Assembly (NCBI GenBank): GCA_012295275.1
Contig: CM022676.1
Location: forward strand, 310,001 to 374,000
Source: Chrysomallon squamiferum
Lineage: Eukaryota > Animalia > Mollusca
Direction: 5' to 3'
DNA: 64,000 nt
Made by a program: the position numbers and the translations under genes. The notes under the pieces are model-generated. The model worked only from the letters and a program-made list of their open reading frames with translations, did not search any database and was not told the origin of the DNA. Below are positions 28,485-41,500 of this stretch, one piece after another. The first letter of the stretch is position 1. Each line of letters begins with the position of its first letter.

Positions 28485-31400
28485 TGAGTGTCATATGTAT
28501 TTATTATAAATGTATCTGTGTGTGTGTTATTAAATTAACATTTCAAATGAATATTTAAGAAAAACTTCTTGTTTTTTCTTCTTTTTTTTATGCAAAATAA
28601 TAATTGAATTTTTTTTACCTGGAAGAAAGTTTTGCTCTAATGCAACTCTTCTTCTTTCAGCCCTCTCCAAGTGACTATAGCGAGACTTTTCTTGCCTGTG
28701 ATATTATTAAACATCATTAGTGTCTGCTGTGTGTATGTTTTTCTGTGTGCATTCTTGTGTGTTTGTGTTTTCCTACTACAGCAGTTCTGTATCAAACCAC
28801 CCAATAAAATGGAAGATTTGAACCCAAACTGATTATGATATTGATAAAGATCAAAAGGACATAAACCCTTAACTTGTTTCTGTAGTAAAAATAATTGCAT
28901 ATTCAAGAAGCTGCAGTGTTTTCTATTTGGATTCTTTATGGAGTTCCCTTTTCAGCAACACCAGCAACACTACCCTCTGGTTGCTAAGATACTGAGGTCT
29001 AAAGATTGATGGCCACACTTTTTGATCAAACATATCAAATTTCAGTCGTCCTTAGATTGTAAACTATATATTTAGGTATTTGAAAGGGATCTCCATAAAC
29101 AAATCTCTGTGTGTGTGCGTGCATGTGTGTGCGTGCATGTGTGTGTGTGTGTGTGTGTGTGCGCATGCATGTGTGTGTGTGTGTGTGTGTGCACACATAT
29201 CTCAGGTTTTGTCTTAGTGACAGTCAGCTTGCTATACAGTGAACTGACATGGAGTGTGTGTCTAAGTGTGTGTGTATAGATCTGTAAGTATGTAATCAGC
29301 AAGGAAGAGGTGTAGAAACAGTGCCACATTATCTTCTACATGCTTAACTATGGGAACAGCTTTGAAAAAGCAGATCTGTAAGGAAACACAACTAAATACT
29401 GCAAATATCAGCACTTGTCAAATTTCATGTTATTCATGATACCCTTTGCATGGTTTTTATTTTTGTGTTTTTTTAAAGCAGACCTGCTATGGGATGATGC
29501 TTGTTGGAACAGGATGTATCACCTGTATGTGATATTCACTTTCTGGGTGCAAAGTTTTCAAATATTAAGCAAACTGTGTCAATCAGTTTCAAGCAACACA
29601 CCAGAAAGATAAACAAAAAAGAAATAATATCACATTTTATGATTGTCTAACACAAAGGCAGTGCAAAAGGTTGGCAATAAACACAGACTAATTTTGTTAT
29701 TTTTGTATACAGAAACACAGACTAATTTTGTTATTTTTGTATACAGAAACACAGACTCATTTTGTTATTTTTGTATACAGAAACACAGACTCATTTTGTT
29801 ATTTTTGTATACAGAAACACATACTCATCTCGTGGCTTGTTGTAATATTGCTGACGAAACGCTTCCATTCTCCCTCTTTCACGTTTTGGATCAAAGTCTG
29901 AAGAATCATATCTAATATGAAAATCAGAAATTATAGTTACATATAATAATTATAAACAGATAAATTTATAAAAAAAAGAGAAGAAATTAACAATTCAGAA
30001 AAATAACAAAATAAACAAATAAATAAATAAAATAAAATAAAATATAATAAAATAAAGTTGTTAATTAACATGTAAGAGGACAAACTAGTCTACAAAAAGG
30101 GTAAACAAAGAAAAAAGAAAAGAAGAAATCATGCAAACACATTTTCAGAAATGACATTTCACTTACATTACAGGTTCCGATGGTCTTCCTGGTTTTGAAA
30201 TATAAAAAAAAAAAAAAAAACAGAAAATGAAAGAAGGAATAAACAGAAAAGAAAGATACATATTTCTGTGAAATGAAGATGTTACTACAAGTGAAATGAA
30301 GATGTTACTACAAGTGAAATGAAGATGTGACTACAAGTGAAATGAAGATCTGACTACAAGTGAAATGAAGATGTTATTACAAGTGAAATGAAGATGTTAC
30401 TACAAGTGAAATGAAGATCTGACTACAAGTGAAATGAAGATGTGATTACAAGTGAAATGAAGATGTGACTACAAGTGAAATGAAGATGTTACTACAAGTG
30501 AAAAGAAGATGTTACTACAAGTGAAATGAAGATGTGACTACAAGTGAAATGAAGATGTGACTACAAGTGAAATGAAGATCTGACTACAAGTGAAATGAAG
30601 ATGTGATTACAAGTGAAATGAAGATGTGACTACAAGTGAAATGAAGATGTTACTACAAGTGAAAAGAAGATGTTACTACAAGTGAAATGAAGATGTGACT
30701 ACAAGTGAAATGAAGATGTGACTACAAGTGAAATGAAGATCTGACTTCAAGTGAAAGGAAGATCTGACTAAAAGTGAAATGAAGATCTGATTACAAGTGA
30801 AATGAAGATGTTACTATAGGTGAAATGAAGATCTGACTATAAATGAAATGAAGATCTGACTACAAGTGAAATGAAGATCTGACTTCAAGTGAAAGGAAGA
30901 TCTGACTAAAAGTGAAATGATGATGCTACTACAAGTGAAATGATGATGTTACAATAGGTGAAATGAAGATGTGACGATGTAGTTGAAATGAAGAGGTGAC
31001 TGTAGAGGTGAAATGAAGGGGTGTCTATATAGGTGAAATAAAGAGGTGACTACACGTGAAATGTGACAACAGCATAAATCAAAAGGTGATTACTCGGTGA
31101 ACGAGGAGGCTTTTTTTTCTTAGGTGTCTTCTTTGGTTTTTTAGGAAGCGACTTTTTTACCTTTACATCTCCTCCTCCTGCTCCTCCTGCCCCTCCTGCC
31201 CCTCCTGCTCCTCCTCCCCCTCCTCCAATAAAAAGACAAAGATAAATTTGTATATATATATATATATATATAAATATAAAAGGACCATCATCTAACGAAG
31301 CAGATCTCAGAAAGAATACTTTCATTCTCTGAAACAGTTTTGATCTTTTGACCTTATTATTTTTTGTATTTACTGTAATTCAATAATGTATAAATTAATG

Positions 31401-31625
31401 TAATTTTAAAATGAGAAAAAGTCTAGTGTGTTTTATCAATAAAAAATGTGTACGTGCACTTGCCCAACTCTTGTGTGCATAAATGGATGGATGGATGGAT
31501 GGATGAATCTATGCATGCATATAGGTATATCTGTGTGTTTGTATGTGTGTGCATTTGGGTGTATACATTTGTGTATCTGTGTATCTATATATCTTTTTTG
31601 TAGTTTAATTATCTTGTGTGCATCA

Positions 31626-31668
<43 letters not shown>

Positions 31669-34600
31669 GAGTAGTAGTATCATATTTTCTTCATAAATTA
31701 ACAGACAGACTGATGGACAGACTTGGATATATTTACTATATAGTTTTTGTTTTTGTTTTTCTCTATTTATGTCTATGTGTATGTGTGTTTTCGCTATGTC
31801 TTCTGGTACAACACAACCTACTTCCTCTACAACAGCACCACCATATAATTATAGCCAGAATAATCAGTAGAGGAATAAGAATTCCAAGAATAAGACCAAG
31901 ATTGTTTTTGTTATCCTTCTGTGCTAAGACATCTGAAATTAAGTCATCTGAAAATGTACATATATATATTTATATGATATGTAGTAAACAAGGCACAGGT
32001 TACTCAGTATAGTTTTATAAGTACAACACATATATATTAATTCTTACAATGCTTTCTTATCAACAATCTCACAACTACCATTCATTTCTATTTTATTGTT
32101 TCAGTCAGTATGATCTTAATAAACCATTGATTTCTGGAATATTATTTCAGTTAATATGATCTAAATAAACTTTCTTATGACCATCATTAATTTCTACTAA
32201 TTTAATTAATAAGAACTTGTTATTAAATCTTTAATCTGTAGATCAGTTTTACACAGAGCTATTGCTCAATCCAGCCACATTGTCGGTGTGTTAAATATTT
32301 AGCTGTAGGGTCATTACGTGTCAAATCACCCAGTGGTTAAACCCATCCATCTCACATCTTTATGAAGCTTGGTATTCTTGTTGATTGGAATCCCACAGCA
32401 CCAAATCCAAAATTTTAGATCAGTTGAACCAGTAGTGTGGGAGATATGGCCAAAATGGACTTGGCTGCCAATCTCTGAAGCCTCACATCTCAGGAACTAC
32501 TGGGCCAACCTTCATAAAATTGACCTTGTGGATCACTTGACCTTGAGATGACCTTTCTTGAAATTTAATCTCCCACATGTTAACTAAAACATATAAAAGT
32601 TTCAGAAGTGTAATCATTTTTGGTGCTATGGGATCGCAATCAACAAGTATACCAAGTTTCATAAAAACTGAGATGGTCGGGTTTAAAATATCTCTTTTTT
32701 GGGGGTGGTTTGATACAGAATGACCCTGTAGTCAAAAGCATTAGTCTATCAGATAACAGTAATCTATCAGATAACTGTAGTCTGTCAGATAACAATAATC
32801 TATCAGATAACATTAGTCTGTCAGATAACATTAGTCTATCAGATAACATTAGTCTATCAGATAAGAGTAATCTATCAGATAACATTAGTCTATCATATAA
32901 CTGTAGTCTATCAGATAACATTAGTCTATCAGATAACAGTAATCTATCAGATAACAGTAGTCTGTCTGTTAACCCTGATTTTTTTCTCTCTCTCTTTCTT
33001 ATATGCATCCTGTAAATTTCTTAATTTGAAATTATAAACATCCTCATACTCTCTCAAAAACTCCCCCTTAGCTAAAGCACAAGCCACCTCTGATGATTAT
33101 ATATGTGATGTATGTTTATTATATTTCATAAATAACAAATATGTGTAATAATTATTTACTATATTCTGGAAACTGACTTTCGTCAAATATTTTTCACCAT
33201 TAAATCTGATCAGTATCGCAGAAAGTAATGAAGAATGAAAATTTGGTTTTATGATAAAAAGTTAGTACACATTAACTCTATACAAAATCAAATTCATTCA
33301 TTTGGGTTTAAGAAGAGAATGAAAACAACAGTTCTTTTCTGTATATTAAAAACACTTTAACAAATAACATTAAGTTATATATTTAAATTACAGTAAAAGT
33401 AAATTAATTGTTATTAAATTAGTTCTATTCACTTTTAAAAGCTAAGTTATGTGAGGAGTTATTACATCATTTAAAATCTGAAAAATAAAATTATGATATG
33501 AATGTCACATCTTCAAAAAAACAAATTGAAATAAATATGCATATTCTTACTCATAAGTAAACAAACATAAACACTCACAAACACACTGATACAAACCCAA
33601 AAACAGATAAACACTTATATGCACACAAAAACAGACCTATGCACAGAAACACTCACTCATACACATGTACACATTGTTAGAAACACACACATTTGCATGA
33701 ACACTAACATTCACAGACATATATATATACACACACACATGAATACAAAATCACTCACTCACAGACATGCATGCACATTCACACACAAACACAGAGAACA
33801 GACACACACATGCATGCACATCCGCATACACACATCGTTTTAACTGAAACACAAGTAAATGATTCTGAATGACTCGCCTTTAATGAGAATAATATTTACT
33901 GGATTTGACCTTCCAATCTGGTTTATAGCTTGACAAGTGTAAATACCAAAGTCCTCATCTCCTACAGATTTCATCTCTAGAAAACTTTTTGTAGATGGCA
34001 GAGTCTTGTTAAGGAATTTCCAGACATAGCTGCTGACTGGCGGATTGGCAGCAAAATTACATCTTAATGTTACAGAATTTCCAATTAAACTGCTATACCG
34101 AGTCAGCCCAGGCAACGCTTTCGGAGCATCTTATGAAAAAAATATATACACATGTCTCTTTGTCTGTGTGTGTGTGTGCATGCATAAGCAAATATACATA
34201 TATATATCTGATACATACACACACAAATGTTTTTTAAAACACATACAAAACACACACACACACACACAGACACACAGATGTTTGTATATGTGTGCATGTG
34301 CATGCATATAATATAATAAAATATATGCTAGTATTGCTGTTGCTGTTCTCATTAAATAAACATATCTATTTATTTCTGAAGACAAATGAGACAATCTGTT
34401 TAAATTTGGAGTCAGCTGAACAACACTTTTCTTCTTGTTATTTTAGTTCATATTAAAACGATTAATTATAGACACTGACATCTTCCACACACACACACAC
34501 ACATCAGACTCTCATATGCATAATTTCACAATGAACTTCTTTCATAAATTTAAGAAATAAATAAGTAAATAAATAAATGAAATACTCACACAAAACAGAC

Positions 34601-35242
34601 ATATTGACTGAATCACTGTTTGCTGTGCCTTCATTATTGCTGGATGTACAGTAATATTCTCCATCCATATAAGGAGTCACAGATAAAAGTGTCAAGTTTA
34701 ACAAGTTACCAGTTCTAGTTAGTTTTACCTTATCACTGTTTACCAGTTCTGTGTTTCTGCCAGACGTTTTATGAACCCAGGAAATGTGCGGAGGGTCAAA
34801 AGATGAAACATTACATGATGATGTCACTGACTCTCCTTCTATCGGGGTTAAGGGTCTTTGAGGAAAAATTTCAATTCTTGGTTTTGCTAACAATAGGAAA
34901 AAATAGAATTAAGATTTTACATTTCAGAGGCCCAGATAATAAATAAATAAATAAATAAATATAAACAAGAATGTCATCACCCTAATAAAGTAAATAAAAA
35001 AATAAATAAATAAAATAAAAAAATAAAAAAATAAAAATAATGAAAAGAAATAAATAAATTACAAAACAACAACAAATAATAATAACAATAATAATAATAA
35101 TAATAATAATAATAGTAATAATAATAACATCAATAATAATAGTAATAATAATACTAATAGTAATAATAATAATAATAGTAATAATAATAATAACAGTAAT
35201 AATAATAGTAATAATAGTAATAATATTAACAACAACAACAAC

Positions 35243-35308
<66 letters not shown>

Positions 35309-35493
35309 GTGAAATAAATAAAAATAAATAAATAAATAAAAACAGACAAAAAAGGATGTTTATATGTTTTCATATGTCAGTAGTTACTCAGTTTTGGAAA
35401 TGACATTCTTTTAAGAACCTAAAAGAAAAATTTTAAAAAGTGAAACATAGAATCTTCACATTTTTATAAGCAGTGCAAATATAAATTTAAATA

Positions 35494-35528
<35 letters not shown>

Positions 35529-38318
35529 TAATAAAAGAAGTTAAAAAAGTAATTTTAAATAATACAATTGAAGTAACAACAACAACAATAATAATAATAA
35601 TAAATATTATTATTATTAGGCAATTGTAAAACCAACAGTAATTACTATAAATAAATAATAATTAATTTGATAATAAAATTTCATAAACAATTTAAATTTC
35701 ATTTTCAAACAAAGATTTTTAAAATAAAGATATTATATATACTAACTTTTCACAACTAAAGATATTGATGCAGATACTGAGCCAAGTTTGTTGGCAGCAG
35801 TACATGTGTATATCCCTTTTAAAGCTGCATTCACTAATTTAATAGTCAGATATCTGTGGCGTTCATCTTCTGTGATTTCGAAGTTGTCATCATTGGTGAC
35901 AGGAATGTTACCTTTCTTCCAAGTCAGTTTAGGTGTAGGGTTACCTTCAACATCACACCGCAGTTTCAGATTTGTGGTGCCCTCTTTGACAATAGATGAA
36001 TTTGCAGGAGTTGTCAGTATGGGTTTGTCTGCAACAGAGTGTATGTCAGTAAATAACAGTATTAATAAATAAAAAAAACCAAGAAAGAAAACTTCTTTTT
36101 TTGTCCATTATTCTTTGTTGAGTTCTGTATGTGCATTTGGGTGTGAGTTGTCTTTACTTATTATTACAAACACCTATACACATACATAAATACATGCAAA
36201 AATATGTACATATGTTCATAGAAATACACATACATAGATGCATATATACATACATTCATAGAAACCAACAGACATATGTTCACACATCATAAAGACTGAC
36301 AGACACACAGAGAAATGCATACAGATGTACATAAATTCACATAATTATATTCATCAATTATGATTGTGTATGTACATGTTTATGTTTGTTTTAATATATA
36401 CATTTATATAGGTGTATGTTTCTGTTATCTTAATTTTTGTAATAACAATTATTCAGACATGTATTTCTTCAGCTAGCCTGGACTTAACATCCCAATTCAA
36501 CTTTCATTTGTATTAACAAGTATGAACAAAATTTGTCTAACAACTATAAGATTGTTATTATTATTGTTTGTTTGTTTGTTTGTTTGCACATCAGATGTCA
36601 CAAACAATCTATATCACATACTAGACAACTAGTGTTTGATTATCATTATTTTACAATTTGTGCAGTTTTCCGGTATCACAAAATGATTAAAAAATTAAAA
36701 TTGTTAACTGATTAATACGTTTTATTCAGCACTTGGTGACTATTGCTGCGATTTTTTTGCAAAATAGATGGAAAATGCTCTCCTGGTTCTTTGCAACTCT
36801 TGACAGTGTCATAAAAGTTTTGTTACATCTAATACATCTTTCATAGACAGAAAAGGACATACTGTAGCTCTGATAAAAAAAAAAACACACAGAAACCACA
36901 ACAATAAACAAAAGAAACTTTGATTTAAATGTACCTCCAAGTGGGTCAGAAATGACAACTGATCCCATTACTAATCACACATCAGATTTGTGTTTTAATT
37001 CTTTTTCAAAATATTTAATTAATGTTTGCAAAATGTACACCTTATATATGTACACAATTTGCACTCACAATAAAAATTATTATTTATTTGAAACAAAAAA
37101 TATTTTGACAGTGTATTTTAGAAAATGCATAATAAAGACATATGTACAGATAGATATACATACATATAAACCTTTACATATTTGTATAAAATGTGAAATG
37201 TTCAAAATGCTTTGTGCAATGAAATCTATGAATACAAAAGGTTTAAATATGAGTAAAACTCACATGTCACATTTAAAATTGTACTTTTGACAAGTTTGCT
37301 TTCAGGACGAGGAACAAGACATGACAAATTTGCTCCATTTTGATGTCGCGAGAATGTCTTGTTCAACATACTGGTCACACGAAATGTAAGGTCTGAATTT
37401 TGTACATAATCAGTTCTTATCATCAACCGATTTCCATCAAGAAACCAGTGTATTACCACCTTTGGATAATTATCAAAAGCATCACATTTAAAAACTGCTC
37501 TTTTCCCATCACTTGGTGATGTAATTATTATAATTTCTGGAGCGGGTGGTTCAACTAAAAAAAAATATATATTTTAGAAGATCAAATTAATACTATCAAT
37601 CTACTATGACCAACAACAGTATTAGTAACAGTAATAAGATGTGAGATTTTTTATTTTATATATTTATTTAATAAACAAACATCTTTCATTTTCAGACTAA
37701 AAATAATTTGTATGCAATATATCTGTAAGAATGACTTTCACAAAATCACTATTATTATTAATTTTCTTGTTTGCTGTAAAGATCAAGGTTGTATTGAGCA
37801 CTTATATGAAAACTAAGAAATATAAAATAACATTACATACCATTAACAAAAATCCTCCGAGCTGTACGCTTTTTGGAAGAATTACCATACCAAGCTGTGC
37901 AGTAAATTTTATATCTTCTTGAGTTTATAGTTCTGTTAAAAACAAAAACTGAAGTCGCACTTGCTTCCCAGATATCCTGTCCAGTCTCAATGGCAATGTA
38001 CTCTGCTTTCTCTGCTTTATTAGGAGTATCATGTAAACTAATCATAAGTGAGGCATTAGCTTTATAAAGTTCTTTAGAGCAAACAACCGTGGTATTTTTA
38101 TTTTCCAATACATTTCCCATGCCTATCAGGGGATTTGAATCTGTTGTTAAAAGAAATAATAAATAAATAAATATAACAATAATTTTAATATTAAAACATT
38201 CTCTCCCCTCACACACTAATATATATAAGTTTTGATTTCTGACTTATGAAGTTTGTGCATGTTGATATTGCAATTAAACAGCTTAGATTAATAAAACAGA
38301 AAAATAATTCATCTAAGT

Positions 38319-38402
<84 letters not shown>

Positions 38403-38540
38403 GTGTGTGTTTGTAGTTCTCTTTTTGTTTACCAACAATTAAGATAAACACTTACCCATGGTAAATTGGTCATCAATTCGACTACTTCCCATGTGCAAGC
38501 TTGTTACAAACATAAACTCAATAAACCCAAGCAGCTCCAT
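26438..38540 (-). CDS. Gene B: IgSF receptor, signal peptide + 5 Ig domains + TM + ~300-aa tyrosine-rich cytoplasmic tail with ITIM-consensus motifs (~847 aa; KIRREL/nephrin-like ectodomain layout)
   Basis: Exons: 38540-38456 (leader), 38140-37841, 37554-37264, 36028-35747, 34886-34590, 34129-33878 (GC donor), TM 31947-31822, 31222-31094 (acceptor uncertain), 30188-30167, 29911-29825, 28695-28619, 28348-28327, 27687-27592, 27449-27354, 27201-27106, 26957-26862, 26627-26438. Phases match at every junction; sum 2544 nt, in frame to TAA. Confidence 0.82.
26820..27700 (-). repeat. Four tandem ~240-bp exon+intron units, each with a 96-nt phase 2-2 cytoplasmic exon of gene B
   Basis: Exon starts at 27687, 27449, 27201 and 26957, each after a cttgacag acceptor and ending in a gtacgt/gtatgt donor; consensus (E)YDPIVPQANQGQANLSRGQYLQA(R/P)EAGLAxR. 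Confidence 0.9.
29680..29828. repeat. 34-bp tandem repeat x~4 starting at a gene B splice donor
   Basis: tacagaaacacagactcattttgttatttttgta repeated. Confidence 0.85.
30268..31065. repeat. Minisatellite, 23-bp unit x~33
   Basis: gtgaaatgaagatgtgactacaa variants, head-to-tail with no spacers. Confidence 0.95.
31822..31947 (-). CDS. Gene B transmembrane exon with juxtamembrane CCC
   Basis: DDLISDVLAQKDNKNNLGLILGILIPLLIILAIIIWWCCCRG; ttttcag acceptor, gtaggt donor. Confidence 0.85.
32308..32726. mobile_element. MITE-like element with long imperfect terminal inverted repeats
   Basis: Left GGGTCATTACGTGTCAAATCACC mirrors right GGTGGTTTGATACAGAATGACCC. Inverted similarity continues inward (aaacccatccatctca...atgaagcttggtattcttg versus caagtataccaagtttcat...tgagatggtcgggttt). 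TA on the left flank; no coding content. Confidence 0.7.
32738..32965. repeat. Minisatellite, 18-bp unit x~12
   Basis: agtctatcagataacatt variants; source of the spurious LLLSDR ORFs. Confidence 0.9.
35747..36028 (-). CDS. Gene B Ig domain 3 exon (I-set; absent from ORF track)
   Basis: YKPILTTPANSSIVKEGTTNLKLRCDVEGNPTPKLTWKKG...KGIYTCTAANKLGSVSASISLVVK; 282 nt, same length as gene C exon 49337-49056. Confidence 0.85.
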
Positions 38541-41500
38541 ACAGGTTATTTTCGGGTTTTTTTTTGTTTGGGTTGTTTGTTTTTTTGTTTGTTGGTTTTT
38601 TTCTCACATTTCTCTTTGTTTTAACCTTCATCAATAATAAAATAAAATTAATAAAAGAATTATAATTCATTATCTGCCAAACCAGTCTAACCCTTTTCAG
38701 TTACATTTATCTGTATTCATTAATATTTTATTAACTTTTTTTTTTTATGCATAAAAAAAATTCAACACTCATAATCTGAGAAATAACATTTATATTTCAT
38801 TTAGAGCACACTATTATCTTCACAGTTTAACTGCAGTAAAGTTTTTTAAAAAAAAGTAGTACCTTGATAATATAAATCTTCTTTTAAACTTCGTCTGTTA
38901 AATTTGCTGGAGCACATGTTTGGATAGTACTGACCATATATTTGTCATCAGTACTTGTCTGACTTGACACAGAAGAAAAACAGTTCTCTAAAATGTATTG
39001 AACAATATAAGCAGTAAATAAGTAAATAAATAAATGTAATAAAATAAAAGTAAAATCATTTTGATTATATTCGTTAAATAAATATTTGATTTCACAGACT
39101 GACGGAAATCAACAGTATTTTGATGAACATAGCATTCATAATGCAAACTATATATTTTAATCATTTCCAAAGCTAGTTTAGGTTATAGTGAGCATGTATT
39201 CATGACGATCAATTTTCAAGCTTTAATATTCGAAGCTTGGCTATTTCCAATAAAGATAAATTGAAACAAAAATGTAATTTGAAAAAACAAAAACAAAAAA
39301 CAAACAAAATATTTGTATGATTTTTTCTTTACAAATTATTTGATATGATACATTAATTATTTCTGACACTTTAAATTCTAATACATTTTTCTGTATTACT
39401 TAAATAAGTAATTTGACATCTACATTCATTAACAAGCTTCTATAAATGTAACAATTTACTACGATAACTGCCTGTGTAAATATTACAAATCACGTAAATT
39501 ATTTAGTAAATATAAACACCGTTTTCTGTGTTTTTAAAACATTCCCGGTCAAAATATATAAATAAACAGTATTCGTTTAAAATTTCTTGTACGATTCAAG
39601 TGATGCACTTTATCTGAAATAAAATACATATTTTAAAACTACAGAAATATACTACGATAATAATGAAGTATACATTTTTACGAAAGTCTTAGAAACAGGG
39701 ATGACTTTTTGATGACGTCAAATTCTGCATACCAGTCATTTTAGAGTCTACGATTTAATGATACCGGTTTACTTGTTTAGGAATAGCATGGATTCGTACC
39801 ATGACATGTAATATTAACAACCCGTACTCATATGCCATACAAAACAGGTATCACCTTCTCAGTTGAGACACCGGAGGTCCAAATAAATAAATAAACAATA
39901 AATTATTTATTAAATAATATGGTACGGTCATGGAAACCGTTGTACAAATACAGCAAACGAGGGAACACGATTATGTTTTGTTGTTGTTGTTACTTGTTGT
40001 TAGTATTATTAATTCGAACTAATCATTATGAATACTTTTTGTTTCACGATAAAGTGGCAGTCGTTTCATCAAACAGCTTCCTGACAATCAATAACTGTAA
40101 AAGATTTGATCACGACTGACGTATCCAAAATACTACTACTACTACTACTACTAATAATAATACAAATCTTAACGTAAACAGATGTATGATAATCATAACT
40201 TACATTTTTCTTGCTTCAAATGTTTTCAAGATTATACCCAATTAAATTTATTTGTTTATTTATTTATTTGCATTAAATATATTAATAAATATATTGTTTT
40301 ATTTTTTTATTATTTTGAAAGCTATAAATATTTAATAATTAGAGTTTTAAAACTGTCATTTCATCTCTTAGCACTATATAGAAAATAAGTAAGACACTAG
40401 TGTAAACTGTTACAGACAAGCAGAATGTCTAATCTGACAGGGATTAGAGAAGTGACTTTAGTCCATACTGCATAAACGTAATAAAAATCTGAGGTGTCTA
40501 AAATTTAAAATCTTTCATGGTTGGCATTAAAAAATAATGAAACAATACTTTGGAACCGTACAAAATTTACTGGATTTATTTATTTTATTACCTGTGGAAC
40601 AAATAAATAATTATTTGAAAGCACTGACAGTATGTCTCTCTTTCTGCTGTATTTGTTGGCCAGTTTCTCATGGTACAATGAAATATTGATAAAACGTGAT
40701 TGCACATACATCGCCATTTTGCCTCTCTGGAGCTGCAGATATTACCCGATAACATGGATTACAGAAGCATCTTCTATGGGTTTTATTGTGGTTTTTTTTT
40801 AATTATTATTTTTTTTCTCTCTATTTTTGAAATTTTTTTATTATTATTGTATGTGACTGCATGTTTGTTCTTGTAAAAATAGTAAATTACAGTGAAAAAT
40901 GTTGACATTCAAGGTGCTGACAGGTGATTCCTAGGAAACTGAAGCAACATGAGTTATCATGTGGAGATGAAGAAAGGAGAAATGTAACTATTTACAGTCA
41001 ATGGCTAACATTTTGTCTGATTAAAATGAAAATAGCAAATTCTGTGTGACATTTAGTTATCCTTATGTTATAATTACTGGCAAATGTTCTTACTACAGTA
41101 AACTTTGCTCTCCTTTGTACATTGCAAGTGTTATCTTGCTGAAAATATATAACATTATGCATTTTATTTCCTTTTTATTTTTTATGTTTTGGTGTGCAGG
41201 TGTGTAAGTGTGGGTGTGTATATATATATATATATAGTTTGACTGTTATTAACATCAGCTTCATGCATCAGCTGTGTGTATTTGTGTGTGTGTGTGTGCG
41301 TTGTTACTGTTATTATACATCATCGGTCAATTGCTGAGGAAATATTGGGAAAATACAATAATCTGATGGACCAACCATGGTCTGGATGATGTCAAAGCAC
41401 GAAGGCTGGGCACTGCTGCCTTTAGTATTACAACAGTTATATGCAGTATATTCTGCCCTAAAGTGTCAGTGGCAGTCATATTGACGTCTGTCCTTCAAAC

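Noticed and set aside
28327-28640. FLPANYVDKI in gene B's tail resembles the SH3 C-terminal signature (GxFPxNYV)
   Set aside because: The upstream in-frame sequence lacks the ALYDY, ELSF and WW elements of an SH3 domain; treated as coincidence.
30268-31065. 23-bp array as a CRISPR-like locus (also the 28-, 46- and 77-bp arrays)
   Set aside because: Head-to-tail units with no unique spacers, inside spliceosomal introns of a eukaryote, and no cas genes.
32640-33015. ORFs with LLLSDR / SLSDN repeats suggesting a leucine-rich repeat protein
   Set aside because: They are translations of an 18-bp intronic minisatellite, open on both strands.
35059-35373. Poly-Leu ORF, and similar poly-CV, HT, ER, Y and N ORFs across the window
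   Set aside because: Translations of (AAT)n, (CA)n and (GA)n microsatellites.
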